DNA from: the human T2T-CHM13v2.0 reference genome, Homo sapiens
Assembly (NCBI RefSeq): GCF_009914755.1
Contig: NC_060930.1
Length of the DNA stretch: 64,000 nucleotides
Strand: one strand, 5' to 3'
The notes beneath the pieces are model-generated. The model searched no databases and had not been told where the DNA came from. It saw nothing but the letters and a program-made list of their open reading frames with translations. Below are positions 40,465 through 54,737 of this stretch, piece after piece. Made by a program: the position numbers and the translations under genes. Within the stretch, counting starts at the first letter, position 1, and each line of letters begins with the position of its first letter.

Positions 40465-43015
40465 GGATCCTTCCTTTTGATAGAGCAGTTTTGAAACCCT
40501 GTTTTTGTAGTATTTCCAAGCGGATATTCGGAACGCCTTGAAGCGTATGGTAGAAAAGGAAATATCTTCCCATAAAACCTAGACAGAACCAATCTCAGAA
40601 ACGACTTTGTGATGTCTGCATTCAAGTCACAGAGTTGAACATTTCTCTTGATAGAGCAGTTTTGAAACCCTCTTTCTGAAGGATCTGCAAGTGGATATTT
40701 GGAACTCCTTTGGGTCTTCGTTGGAAACGGGATTTCTTCGTATAAATCTAGACAGAAGAATTCTCAGAAACTTCCTTGTGATGTGTGCATTCAACTCAGC
40801 GAGTGGCACCTTCCTTTGGATACAGCAGTTTTGAAACACTGTTTTTGTAGTATTTCCAAGCGGATATTTAGAGCGCCTTGAAGCCTATGCTAGAAATGGA
40901 AATATCTCCCCATAAAACCAAGACGGAAGCAATCTCAGAAACTAATGTGTGATGGCTGCATTCCACACACACGGTGGACCATTTCTCTTGATAGAGCAGT
41001 TTTGAAACACTCTTTCTGTAGAATCTGCAAGTGGATAATTGGACCTCCGAGAGGCCTTCGTTGGAAACGGGATTTCTTCATCTAAACCTACAGAGAAGTA
41101 TTCTCAGTAACTTCTTCGGATGTGTGCATTCGACGCACAGAATGGAACATTCCCTTTGATAGAGCAGTTTTGAGACACCGTTTTTGTAGAATTCCCAAGT
41201 GGATATTTAGAGCACTTTGAAGTCTCTGCTAGAAAAGGAAACATCATCATGTAAAAAGTAGATAGAATCGTTCTCAGAAAGTGCTTAGTGTCGTGTGCGT
41301 TCAACTCACAGAGTTTAACGTTTCTTTTGATAGAGCGTTTCTGAAACACCCTTCTTGTAGTAGCTGCAAGTGGATATTTGGACCTATTGGAGGCCTTCTT
41401 TGGAAACGGGATTTCTTCATGTAACTCTAGATTGAAGAATTCTCAGAAACTCCTTTGTGATGTGTGCATTCAATTCAAAGAGTGAAACCTCTCTTTTCAC
41501 AGAGCAGTTTTGAAACACTGTTTTTGTAGGATTTCCAAGGGGATATTTATAGCGCATTGAGCCTACGGCGGAAAAAGAAACATCTTCCTATAAAAACTAG
41601 ACAGAATACTTCTCAGAATCTGCTTTGCGATGTGTGCGTTCAACTCACAGAGTAAAACTTTTCTTTTGATAGAGCAGTTTTGAAACACTCTTTTTGTAGT
41701 ATTTGCATGTGTATATTTAGAGCGCATTGAAGCCCACAGTAGAAAAGGAAATAACTTCACCTAAAACCTAGACAGAAGCAATCTCAGAAACTACTTTGTG
41801 ATGTGTACATTCAACTCACAGAGTGGAACTTTCCTCTTTATAGAGCAGTGTTGAAACACTCTTTTTGTAGAAACTGCAAGTGGATATTTGGACCTCTTTG
41901 AGGCCTTCGTTGGAAACGGGATTTCTTCCTATAACCCTAGACAGAAGAATTTTCAGAAACCTCATTGTGATGTGTGCGTTCATCTCACAGAGTGGAGTCT
42001 TCCGTTTGATAGAGAAGTTTTGAAACCCTGTTCTTGTAGGATTTCCAAGTGGATATTTAGACCACTTTGAAGCCTATGATAGAAAAGGAAACATCTTCAT
42101 GGAAAACATAGATAGAATCATCCTCAGAAACAACTTTGTGATGTGTGCGTTGAACTCACCGTCTTTAACCTTTCTTTTGGTAGAGAAGTTTTGAAACACT
42201 CTCTTTGTAAAGTCTACAAGTGGATATTTTGAGCCCTTGGAGGCATTCTTTGGAAAAGGGAATGTCTTCACATAAAAGGCAGACGGAAGTGTTCTCAGAA
42301 ACTGCTTTGTGATGTCTGTGTTCAACTCACAGAGTTTAACATTTCCTTTGATAGAGCGGTTTAGTAACCCTCTCTTTGTAGAATTTGGAAGTGTATACTA
42401 AGAGCGCTTTGAGGCCTATGGTAGAAAAGGAAATATCTTTCCATAAAAGCTAGACAGAAGCAATCTCAGAAACTCCTCTGTGATGTCTGCATTCAACTCA
42501 CCGAGTGGAACATTCCTCTTGATAGAGCAGTTTGGAAACACTCTTTCTGTAGAATCAGCTTGTTTGTATTTGGACCTCCTTGAGGCCTTCGTTGGAAACG
42601 GGTTTTCATCTTATAAACCCAGACAGAAGAATTCTCAGAGTCTTCTTTGTGATGTGTGCTTTCAACTCACCGAGATAAAGATTTCTCTTGATAGAGCAAT
42701 TTGGAAACACTCTTTTTGTAGAATTTGCAAGGGTACATTGAGAGCGCTTTCAGGCCTATGGTAGAAAAGGGAATATCTTTCCATAAAAGGTAGACAGAAG
42801 CAATCTCAGAAACTACTTTGTGATGTGTGCATTCAACTCACCGAGTGCAACGTTCCTCTTGACCGAGCAGTTTGGAAACATTGTTTCTGTAGAATCTGCA
42901 AGTGGATATTTGGACCTCTTTGAGGCCTTCGTTGGAAACGGGATTTCTTCCTATAAACCCAGACAGAAGAATTCTCAGAGACTTCTTTGTGATGTGTGAA
43001 TTCAACTCACAGTGT
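40465..43015 (+). repeat. 15-mer HOR variant #5
   Basis: 2551 bp; junction at 40745-40765. Confidence 0.95.
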
Positions 43016-46000
43016 GGATCCTTCCTTTTGATAGAGCAGTTTTGAAACCCTGTTTTTGTAGTATTTCCAAGCGGATATTCGGAACGCCTTGAAGCGTATG
43101 GTAGAAAAGGAAATATCTTCCCATAAAACCTAGACAGAACCAATCTCAGAAACGACTTTGTGATGTCTGCATTCAAGTCACAGAGTTGAACATTTCTCTT
43201 GATAGAGCAGTTTTGAAACCCTCTTTCTGAAGGATCTGCAAGTGGATATTTGGAACTCCTTTGGGTCTTCGTTGGAAACGGGATTTCTTCGTATAAATCT
43301 AGACAGAAGAATTCTCCGAAACTTCTTTGGTTGTGTGCATTCAAGTCACAGAGTGGAACCTTCCTTTGGATAGAGCAGTTTGAAACGCCGTGGTTGTAGT
43401 ATTTCCAAGCGGATATTAGAGCGCCTTGAGGCCTATGGTAGAAAAGGAAATATCTTCCCATAAAACCTAGACGGAAGCAATCTCAGAAACTACTGTGTGA
43501 TGGCTGCATTCCACACACACGGTGGAACATTTCTCTTGATAGAGCAGTTTTGAAACACTCTTTCTGTAGAATCTGCAAGTGGATAATTGGACCGCCTTGA
43601 GGCCTTCGTTGGAAACGGGATTTCTTCATGTTACTCTAGATAGAAGAATTCTCAAACACTGCTATGTGATGTTTGCATTCAAGTCACAGAGTGCAACATT
43701 CCTCTTGGTAGAGCAGTTGGGAAACACTCCTTTTGTAGAATCTGCAATGGGATATTTGGACTTCTTTGAGGCCTTCGTTGGAAACGGGATTTCTTCGTAT
43801 GAATCTAGACAGAAGAATTCTCAGAAACTTCCTTGTGATGTGTGCATTCAACTCAGCGAGTGGCACCTTCCTTTGGATACAGCAGTTTTGAAACACTGTT
43901 TTTGTAGTATTTCCAAGCGGATATTTAGAGCGCCTTGAAGCCTATGCTAGAAATGGAAATATCTCCCCATAAAACCAAGACGGAAGCAATCTCAGAAACT
44001 AATGTGTGATGGCTGCATTCCACACACACGGTGGACCATTTCTCTTGATAGAGCAGTTTTGAAACACTCTTTCTGTAGAATCTGCAAGTGGATAATTGGA
44101 CCTCCGAGAGGCCTTCGTTGGAAACGGGATTTCTTCATCTAAACCTACAGAGAAGTATTCTCAGTAACTTCTTCGGATGTGTGCATTCGACGCACAGAAT
44201 GGAACATTCCCTTTGATAGAGCAGTTTTGAGACACCGTTTTTGTAGAATTCCCAAGTGGATATTTAGAGCACTTTGAAGTCTCTGCTAGAAAAGGAAACA
44301 TCATCATGTAAAAAGTAGATAGAATCGTTCTCAGAAAGTGCTTAGTGTCGTGTGCGTTCAACTCACAGAGTTTAACGTTTCTTTTGATAGAGCGTTTCTG
44401 AAACACCCTTCTTGTAGTAGCTGCAAGTGGATATTTGGACCTATTGGAGGCCTTCTTTGGAAACGGGATTTCTTCATGTAACTCTAGATTGAAGAATTCT
44501 CAGAAACTCCTTTGTGATGTGTGCATTCAATTCAAAGAGTGAAACCTCTCTTTTCACAGAGCAGTTTTGAAACACTGTTTTTGTAGGATTTCCAAGGGGA
44601 TATTTATAGCGCATTGAGCCTACGGCGGAAAAAGAAACATCTTCCTATAAAAACTAGACAGAATACTTCTCAGAATCTGCTTTGCGATGTGTGCGTTCAA
44701 CTCACAGAGTAAAACTTTTCTTTTGATAGAGCAGTTTTGAAACACTCTTTTTGTAGTATTTGCATGTGTATATTTAGAGCGCATTGAAGCCCACAGTAGA
44801 AAAGGAAATAACTTCACCTAAAACCTAGACAGAAGCAATCTCAGAAACTACTTTGTGATGTGTACATTCAACTCACAGAGTGGAACTTTCCTCTTTATAG
44901 AGCAGTGTTGAAACACTCTTTTTGTAGAAACTGCAAGTGGATATTTGGACCTCTTTGAGGCCTTCGTTGGAAACGGGATTTCTTCCTATAACCCTAGACA
45001 GAAGAATTTTCAGAAACCTCATTGTGATGTGTGCGTTCATCTCACAGAGTGGAGTCTTCCGTTTGATAGAGAAGTTTTGAAACCCTGTTCTTGTAGGATT
45101 TCCAAGTGGATATTTAGACCACTTTGAAGCCTATGATAGAAAAGGAAACATCTTCATGGAAAACATAGATAGAATCATCCTCAGAAACAACTTTGTGATG
45201 TGTGCGTTGAACTCACCGTCTTTAACCTTTCTTTTGGTAGAGAAGTTTTGAAACACTCTCTTTGTAAAGTCTACAAGTGGATATTTTGAGCCCTTGGAGG
45301 CATTCTTTGGAAAAGGGAATGTCTTCACATAAAAGGCAGACGGAAGTGTTCTCAGAAACTGCTTTGTGATGTCTGTGTTCAACTCACAGAGTTTAACATT
45401 TCCTTTGATAGAGCGGTTTAGTAACCCTCTCTTTGTAGAATTTGGAAGTGTATACTAAGAGCGCTTTGAGGCCTATGGTAGAAAAGGAAATATCTTTCCA
45501 TAAAAGCTAGACAGAAGCAATCTCAGAAACTCCTCTGTGATGTCTGCATTCAACTCACCGAGTGGAACATTCCTCTTGATAGAGCAGTTTGGAAACACTC
45601 TTTCTGTAGAATCAGCTTGTTTGTATTTGGACCTCCTTGAGGCCTTCGTTGGAAACGGGTTTTCATCTTATAAACCCAGACAGAAGAATTCTCAGAGTCT
45701 TCTTTGTGATGTGTGCTTTCAACTCACCGAGATAAAGATTTCTCTTGATAGAGCAATTTGGAAACACTCTTTTTGTAGAATTTGCAAGGGTACATTGAGA
45801 GCGCTTTCAGGCCTATGGTAGAAAAGGGAATATCTTTCCATAAAAGGTAGACAGAAGCAATCTCAGAAACTACTTTGTGATGTGTGCATTCAACTCACCG
45901 AGTGCAACGTTCCTCTTGACCGAGCAGTTTGGAAACATTGTTTCTGTAGAATCTGCAAGTGGATATTTGGACCTCTTTGAGGCCTTCGTTGGAAACGGGA

Positions 46001-49000
46001 TTTCTTCCTATAAACCCAGACAGAAGAATTCTCAGAGACTTCTTTGTGATGTGTGAATTCAACTCACAGTGTGGATCCTTCCTTTTGATAGAGCAGTTTT
46101 GAAACCCTGTTTTTGTAGTATTTCCAAGCGGATATTCGGAACGCCTTGAAGCGTATGGTAGAAAAGGAAATATCTTCCCATAAAACCTAGACAGAACCAA
46201 TCTCAGAAACGACTTTGTGATGTCTGCATTCAAGTCACAGAGTTGAACATTTCTCTTGATAGAGCAGTTTTGAAACCCTCTTTCTGAAGGATCTGCAAGT
46301 GGATATTTGGAACTCCTTTGGGTCTTCGTTGGAAACGGGATTTCTTCGTATAAATCTAGACAGAAGAATTCTCCGAAACTTCTTTGGTTGTGTGCATTCA
46401 AGTCACAGAGTGGAACCTTCCTTTGGATAGAGCAGTTTGAAACGCCGTGGTTGTAGTATTTCCAAGCGGATATTAGAGCGCCTTGAGGCCTATGGTAGAA
46501 AAGGAAATATCTTCCCATAAAACCTAGACGGAAGCAATCTCAGAAACTACTGTGTGATGGCTGCATTCCACACACACGGTGGAACATTTCTCTTGATAGA
46601 GCAGTTTTGAAACACTCTTTCTGTAGAATCTGCAAGTGGATAATTGGACCGCCTTGAGGCCTTCGTTGGAAACGGGATTTCTTCATGTTACTCTAGATAG
46701 AAGAATTCTCAAACACTGCTATGTGATGTTTGCATTCAAGTCACAGAGTGCAACATTCCTCTTGGTAGAGCAGTTGGGAAACACTCCTTTTGTAGAATCT
46801 GCAATGGGATATTTGGACTTCTTTGAGGCCTTCGTTGGAAACGGGATTTCTTCGTATGAATCTAGACAGAAGAATTCTCAGAAACTTCCTTGTGATGTGT
46901 GCATTCAACTCAGCGAGTGGCACCTTCCTTTGGATACAGCAGTTTTGAAACACTGTTTTTGTAGTATTTCCAAGCGGATATTTAGAGCGCCTTGAAGCCT
47001 ATGCTAGAAATGGAAATATCTCCCCATAAAACCAAGACAGAAGCAATCTCAGAAACTAATGTGTGATGGCTGCATTCCACACACACGGTGGACCATTTCT
47101 CTTGATAGAGCAGTTTTGAAACACTCTTTCTGTAGAATCTGCAAGTGGATAATTGGACCTCCTAGAGGCCTTCGTTGGAAACGGGATTTCTTCATCTAAA
47201 CCTACAGAGAAGAATTCTCAGTAACTTCTTCGGATGTGTGCATTCGACGCACAGAATGGAACATTCCCTTTGATAGAGCAGTTTTGAGACACCGTTTTTG
47301 TAGAATTCCCAAGTGGATATTTAGAGCACTTTGAAGTCTCTGCTAGAAAAGGAAACATCTTCATGTAAAAAGTAGATAGAATCGTTCTCAGAAAGTGCTT
47401 AGTGTCGTGTGCGTTCAACTCACAGAGTTTAACGTTTCTTTTGATAGAGCGTTTCTGAAACACCCTTCTTGTAGTAGCTGCAAGTGGATATTTGGACCTA
47501 TTGGAGGCCTTCTTTGGAAATGGGATTTCTTCATGTAACTCTAGATTGAAGAGTTCTCAGAAACTCCTTTGTGATGTGTGCATTCAATTCAAAGAGTGAA
47601 ACCTCCCTTTTCACAGAGCAGTTTTGAAACACTGTTTTTGTAGGATTTCCAAGGGGATATTTATAGCGCATTGAGCCTACGGCGGAAAAAGAAACATCTT
47701 CCTATAAAAACTAGACAGAATACTTCTCAGAATCTGCTTTGCGATGTGTGCGTTCAACTCACAGAGTAAAACTTTTCTTTTGATAGAGCAGTTTTGAAAC
47801 ACTCTTTTTGTAGTATTTGCATGTGTATATTTAGAGCGCATTGAAGCCCACAGTAGAAAAGGAAATAACTTCACCTAAAACCTAGACAGAAGCAATCTCA
47901 GAAACTACTTTGTGATGTGTACATTCAACTCACAGAGTGGAACTTTCCTCTTTATAGAGCAGTGTTGAAACACTCTTTTTGTAGAAACTGCAAGTGGATA
48001 TTTGGACCTCTTTGAGGCCTTCGTTGGAAACGGGATTTCTTCCTATAACCCTAGACAGAAGAATTTTCAGAAACCTCATTGTGATGTGTGCGTTCATCTC
48101 ACAGAGTGGAGTCTTCCGTTTGATAGAGAAGTTTTGAAACCCTGTTCTTGTAGGATTTCCAAGTGGATATTTAGACCACTTTGAAGCCTATGATAGAAAA
48201 GGAAACATCTTCATGGAAAACATAGATAGAATCATCCTCAGAAACAACTTTGTGATGTGTGCGTTGAACTCACCGTCTTTAACCTTTCTTTTGGTAGAGA
48301 AGTTTTGAAACACTCTCTTTGTAAAGTCTACAAGTGGATATTTTGAGCCCTTGGAGGCATTCTTTGGAAAAGGGAATGTCTTCACATAAAAGGCAGACGG
48401 AAGTGTTCTCAGAAACTGCTTTGTGATGTCTGTGTTCAACTCACAGAGTTTAACATTTCCTTTGATAGAGCGGTTTAGTAACCCTCTCTTTGTAGAATTT
48501 GGAAGTGTATACTAAGAGCGCTTTGAGGCCTATGGTAGAAAAGGAAATATCTTTCCATAAAAGCTAGACAGAAGCAATCTCAGAAACTCCTCTGCGATGT
48601 CTGCATTCAACTCACCGAGTGGAACATTCCTCTTGAGAGAGCAGTTTGGAAACACTCTTTCTGTAGAATCAGCTTGTTTGTATTTGGACCTCCTTGAGGC
48701 CTTCGTTGGAAACGGGTTTTCATCTTATAAACCCAGACAGAAGAATTCTCAGAGTCTTCTTTGTGATGTGTGCTTTCAACTCACCGAGATAAAGATTTCT
48801 CTTGATAGAGCAATTTGGAAACACTCTTTTTGTAGAATTTGCAAGGGTACATTGAGAGCGCTTTCAGGCCTATGGTAGAAAAGGGAATATCTTTCCATAA
48901 AAGGTAGACAGAAGCAATCTCAGAAACTACTTTGTGATGTGTGCATTCAACTCACCGAGTGCAACGTTCCTCTTGACCGAGCAGTTTGGAAACATTGTTT

Positions 49001-49129
49001 CTGTAGAATCTGCAAGTGTATATTTGGACCTCTTTGAGGCCTTCGTTGGAAACGGGATTTCTTCCTATAAACCCAGACAGAAGAATTCTCAGAGACTTCT
49101 TTGTGATGTGTGAATTCAACTCACAGTGT
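43016..49129 (+). repeat. Two consecutive 18-mer HORs (the first is a recombinant carrying 15-mer-type SNVs)
   Basis: BamHI sites at 43016, 46073, 49130. Confidence 0.95.
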
Positions 49130-51680
49130 GGATCCTTCCTTTTGATAGAGCAGTTTTGAAACCCTGTTTTTGTAGTATTTCCAAGCGGATATTCGGAACG
49201 CCTTGAAGCGTATGGTAGAAAAGGAAATATCTTCCCATAAAACCTAGACAGAACCAATCTCAGAAACGACTTTGTGATGTCTGCATTCAAGTCACAGAGT
49301 TGAACATTTCTCTTGATAGAGCAGTTTTGAAACCCTCTTTCTGAAGGATCTGCAAGTGGATATTTGGAACTCCTTTGGGTCTTCGTTGGAAACGGGATTT
49401 CTTCGTATAAATCTAGACAGAAGAATTCTCAGAAACTTCCTTGTGATGTGTGCATTCAACTCAGCGAGTGGCACCTTCCTTTGGATACAGCAGTTTTGAA
49501 ACACTGTTTTTGTAGTATTTCCAAGCGGATATTTAGAGCGCCTTGAAGCCTATGCTAGAAATGGAAATATCTCCCCATAAAACCAAGACGGAAGCAATCT
49601 CAGAAACTAATGTGTGATGGCTGCATTCCACACACACGGTGGACCATTTCTCTTGATAGAGCAGTTTTGAAACACTCTTTCTGTAGAATCTGCAAGTGGA
49701 TAATTGGACCTCCGAGAGGCCTTCGTTGGAAACGGGATTTCTTCATCTAAACCTACAGAGAAGTATTCTCAGTAACTTCTTCGGATGTGTGCATTCGACG
49801 CACAGAATGGAACATTCCCTTTGATAGAGCAGTTTTGAGACACCGTTTTTGTAGAATTCCCAAGTGGATATTTAGAGCACTTTGAAGTCTCTGCTAGAAA
49901 AGGAAACATCATCATGTAAAAAGTAGATAGAATCGTTCTCAGAAAGTGCTTAGTGTCGTGTGCGTTCAACTCACAGAGTTTAACGTTTCTTTTGATAGAG
50001 CGTTTCTGAAACACCCTTCTTGTAGTAGCTGCAAGTGGATATTTGGACCTATTGGAGGCCTTCTTTGGAAACGGGATTTCTTCATGTAACTCTAGATTGA
50101 AGAATTCTCAGAAACTCCTTTGTGATGTGTGCATTCAATTCAAAGAGTGAAACCTCCCTTTTCACAGAGCAGTTTTGAAACACTGTTTTTGTAGGATTTC
50201 CAAGGGGATATTTATAGCGCATTGAGCCTACGGCGGAAAAAGAAACATCTTCCTATAAAAACTAGACAGAATACTTCTCAGAATCTGCTTTGCGATGTGT
50301 GCGTTCAACTCACAGAGTAAAACTTTTCTTTTGATAGAGCAGTTTTGAAACACTCTTTTTGTAGTATTTGCATGTGTATATTTAGAGCGCATTGAAGCCC
50401 ACAGTAGAAAAGGAAATAACTTCACCTAAAACCTAGACAGAAGCAATCTCAGAAACTACTTTGTGATGTGTACATTCAACTCACAGAGTGGAACTTTCCT
50501 CTTTATAGAGCAGTGTTGAAACACTCTTTTTGTAGAAACTGCAAGTGGATATTTGGACCTCTTTGAGGCCTTCGTTGGAAACGGGATTTCTTCCTATAAC
50601 CCTAGACAGAAGAATTTTCAGAAACCTCATTGTGATGTGTGCGTTCATCTCACAGAGTGGAGTCTTCCGTTTGATAGAGAAGTTTTGAAACCCTGTTCTT
50701 GTAGGATTTCCAAGTGGATATTTAGACCACTTTGAAGCCTATGATAGAAAAGGAAACATCTTCATGGAAAACATAGATAGAATCATCCTCAGAAACAACT
50801 TTGTGATGTGTGCGTTGAACTCACCGTCTTTAACCTTTCTTTTGGTAGAGAAGTTTTGAAACACTCTCTTTGTAAAGTCTACAAGTGGATATTTTGAGCC
50901 CTTGGAGGCATTCTTTGGAAAAGGGAATGTCTTCACATAAAAGGCAGACGGAAGTGTTCTCAGAAACTGCTTTGTGATGTCTGTGTTCAACTCACAGAGT
51001 TTAACATTTCCTTTGATAGAGCGGTTTAGTAACCCTCTCTTTGTAGAATTTGGAAGTGTATACTAAGAGCGCTTTGAGGCCTATGGTAGAAAAGGAAATA
51101 TCTTTCCATAAAAGCTAGACAGAAGCAATCTCAGAAACTCCTCTGTGATGTCTGCATTCAACTCACCGAGTGGAACATTCCTCTTGATAGAGCAGTTTGG
51201 AAACACTCTTTCTGTAGAATCAGCTTGTTTGTATTTGGACCTCCTTGAGGCCTTCGTTGGAAACGGGTTTTCATCTTATAAACCCAGACAGAAGAATTCT
51301 CAGAGTCTTCTTTGTGATGTGTGCTTTCAACTCACCGAGATAAAGATTTCTCTTGATAGAGCAATTTGGAAACACTCTTTTTGTAGAATTTGCAAGGGTA
51401 CATTGAGAGCGCTTTCAGGCCTATGGTAGAAAAGGGAATATCTTTCCATAAAAGGTAGACAGAAGCAATCTCAGAAACTACTTTGTGATGTGTGCATTCA
51501 ACTCACCGAGTGCAACGTTCCTCTTGACCGAGCAGTTTGGAAACATTGTTTCTGTAGAATCTGCAAGTGGATATTTGGACCTCTTTGAGGCCTTCGTTGG
51601 AAACGGGATTTCTTCCTATAAACCCAGACAGAAGAATTCTCAGAGACTTCTTTGTGATGTGTGAATTCAACTCACAGTGT
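49130..51680 (+). repeat. 15-mer HOR variant #6
   Basis: 2551 bp; junction at 49410-49430. Confidence 0.95.
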
Positions 51681-54600
51681 GGATCCTTCCTTTTGATAGA
51701 GCAGTTTTGAAACCCTGTTTTTGTAGTATTTCCAAGCGGATATTCGGAACGCCTTGAAGCGTATGGTAGAAAAGGAAATATCTTCCCATAAAACCTAGAC
51801 AGAACCAATCTCAGAAACGACTTTGTGATGTCTGCATTCAAGTCACAGAGTTGAACATTTCTCTTGATAGAGCAGTTTTGAAACCCTCTTTCTGAAGGAT
51901 CTGCAAGTGGATATTTGGAACTCCTTTGGGTCTTCGTTGGAAACGGGATTTCTTCGTATAAATCTAGACAGAAGAATTCTCCGAAACTTCTTTGGTTGTG
52001 TGCATTCAAGTCACAGAGTGGAACCTTCCTTTGGATAGAGCAGTTTGAAACGCCGTGGTTGTAGTATTTCCAAGCGGATATTAGAGCGCCTTGAGGCCTA
52101 TGGTAGAAAAGGAAATATCTTCCCATAAAACCTAGACGGAAGCAATCTCAGAAACTACTGTGTGATGGCTGCATTCCACACACACGGTGGAACATTTCTC
52201 TTGATAGAGCAGTTTTGAAACACTCTTTCTGTAGAATCTGCAAGTGGATAATTGGACCGCCTTGAGGCCTTCGTTGGAAACGGGATTTCTTCATGTTACT
52301 CTAGATAGAAGAATTCTCAAACACTGCTATGTGATGTTTGCATTCAAGTCACAGAGTGCAACATTCCTCTTGGTAGAGCAGTTGGGAAACACTCCTTTTG
52401 TAGAATCTGCAATGGGATATTTGGACTTCTTTGAGGCCTTCGTTGGAAACGGGATTTCTTCGTATGAATCTAGACAGAAGAATTCTCAGAAACTTCCTTG
52501 TGATGTGTGCATTCAACTCAGCGAGTGGCACCTTCCTTTGGATACAGCAGTTTTGAAACACTGTTTTTGTAGTATTTCCAAGCGGATATTTAGAGCGCCT
52601 TGAAGCCTATGCTAGAAATGGAAATATCTCCCCATAAAACCAAGACAGAAGCAATCTCAGAAACTAATGTGTGATGGCTGCATTCCACACACACGGTGGA
52701 CCATTTCTCTTGATAGAGCAGTTTTGAAACACTCTTTCTGTAGAATCTGCAAGTGGATAATTGGACCTCCTAGAGGCCTTCGTTGGAAACGGGATTTCTT
52801 CATCTAAACCTACAGAGAAGAATTCTCAGTAACTTCTTCGGATGTGTGCATTCGACGCACAGAATGGAACATTCCCTTTGATAGAGCAGTTTTGAGACAC
52901 CGTTTTTGTAGAATTCCCAAGTGGATATTTAGAGCACTTTGAAGTCTCTGCTAGAAAAGGAAACATCTTCATGTAAAAAGTAGATAGAATCGTTCTCAGA
53001 AAGTGCTTAGTGACGTGTGCGTTCAACTCACAGAGTTTAACGTTTCTTTTGATAGAGCGTTTCTGAAACACCCTTCTTGTAGTAGCTGCAAGTGGATATT
53101 TGGACCTATTGGAGGCCTTCTTTGGAAATGGGATTTCTTCATGTAACTCTAGATTGAAGAGTTCTCAGAAACTCCTTTGTGATGTGTGCATTCAATTCAA
53201 AGAGTGAAACCTCCCTTTTCACAGAGCAGTTTTGAAACACTGTTTTTGTAGGATTTCCAAGGGGATATTTATAGCGCATTGAGCCTACGGCGGAAAAAGA
53301 AACATCTTCCTATAAAAACTAGACAGAATACTTCTCAGAATCTGCTTTGCGATGTGTGCGTTCAACTCACAGAGTAAAACTTTTCTTTTGATAGAGCAGT
53401 TTTGAAACACTCTTTTTGTAGTATTTGCATGTGTATATTTAGAGCGCATTGAAGCCCACAGTAGAAAAGGAAATAACTTCACCTAAAACCTAGACAGAAG
53501 CAATCTCAGAAACTACTTTGTGATGTGTACATTCAACTCACAGAGTGGAACTTTCCTCTTTATAGAGCAGTGTTGAAACACTCTTTTTGTAGAAACTGCA
53601 AGTGGATATTTGGACCTCTTTGAGGCCTTCGTTGGAAACGGGATTTCTTCCTATAACCCTAGACAGAAGAATTTTCAGAAACCTCATTGTGATGTGTGCG
53701 TTCATCTCACAGAGTGGAGTCTTCCGTTTGATAGAGAAGTTTTGAAACCCTGTTCTTGTAGGATTTCCAAGTGGATATTTAGACCACTTTGAAGCCTATG
53801 ATAGAAAAGGAAACATCTTCATGGAAAACATAGATAGAATCATCCTCAGAAACAACTTTGTGATGTGTGCGTTGAACTCACCGTCTTTAACCTTTCTTTT
53901 GGTAGAGAAGTTTTGAAACACTCTCTTTGTAAAGTCTACAAGTGGATATTTTGAGCCCTTGGAGGCATTCTTTGGAAAAGGGAATGTCTTCACATAAAAG
54001 GCAGACGGAAGTGTTCTCAGAAACTGCTTTGTGATGTCTGTGTTCAACTCACAGAGTTTAACATTTCCTTTGATAGAGCGGTTTAGTAACCCTCTCTTTG
54101 TAGAATTTGGAAGTGTATACTAAGAGCGCTTTGAGGCCTATGGTAGAAAAGGAAATATCTTTCCATAAAAGCTAGACAGAAGCAATCTCAGAAACTCCTT
54201 TGCGATGTCTGCATTCAACTCACCGAGTGGAACATTCCTCTTGAGAGAGCAGTTTGGAAACACTCTTTCTGTAGAATCAGCTTGTTTGTATTTGGACCTC
54301 CTTGAGGCCTTCGTTGGAAACGGGTTTTCATCTTATAAACCCAGACAGAAGAATTCTCAGAGTCTTCTTTGTGATGTGTGCTTTCAACTCACCGAGATAA
54401 AGATTTCTCTTGATAGAGCAATTTGGAAACACTCTTTTTGTAGAATTTGCAAGGGTACATTGAGAGCGCTTTCAGGCCTATGGTAGAAAAGGGAATATCT
54501 TTCCATAAAAGGTAGACAGAAGCAATCTCAGAAACTACTTTGTGATGTGTGCATTCAACTCACCGAGTGCAACGTTCCTCTTGACCGAGCAGTTTGGAAA

Positions 54601-54737
54601 CATTGTTTCTGTAGAATCTGCAAGTGGATATTTGGACCTCTTTGAGGCCTTCGTTGGAAACGGGATTTCTTCCTATAAACCCAGACAGAAGAATTCTCAG
54701 AGACTTCTTTGTGATGTGTGAATTCAACTCACAGTGT
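51681..54737 (+). repeat. 18-mer HOR
   Basis: 3057 bp. Confidence 0.95.

Noticed and set aside
18166-52826. Strict 8665 bp super-period across the middle of the window
   Set aside because: The block at 26831-35495 has the same length only because it also holds two 18-mers and one 15-mer. Its order and SNV markers differ, so it is not a copy.
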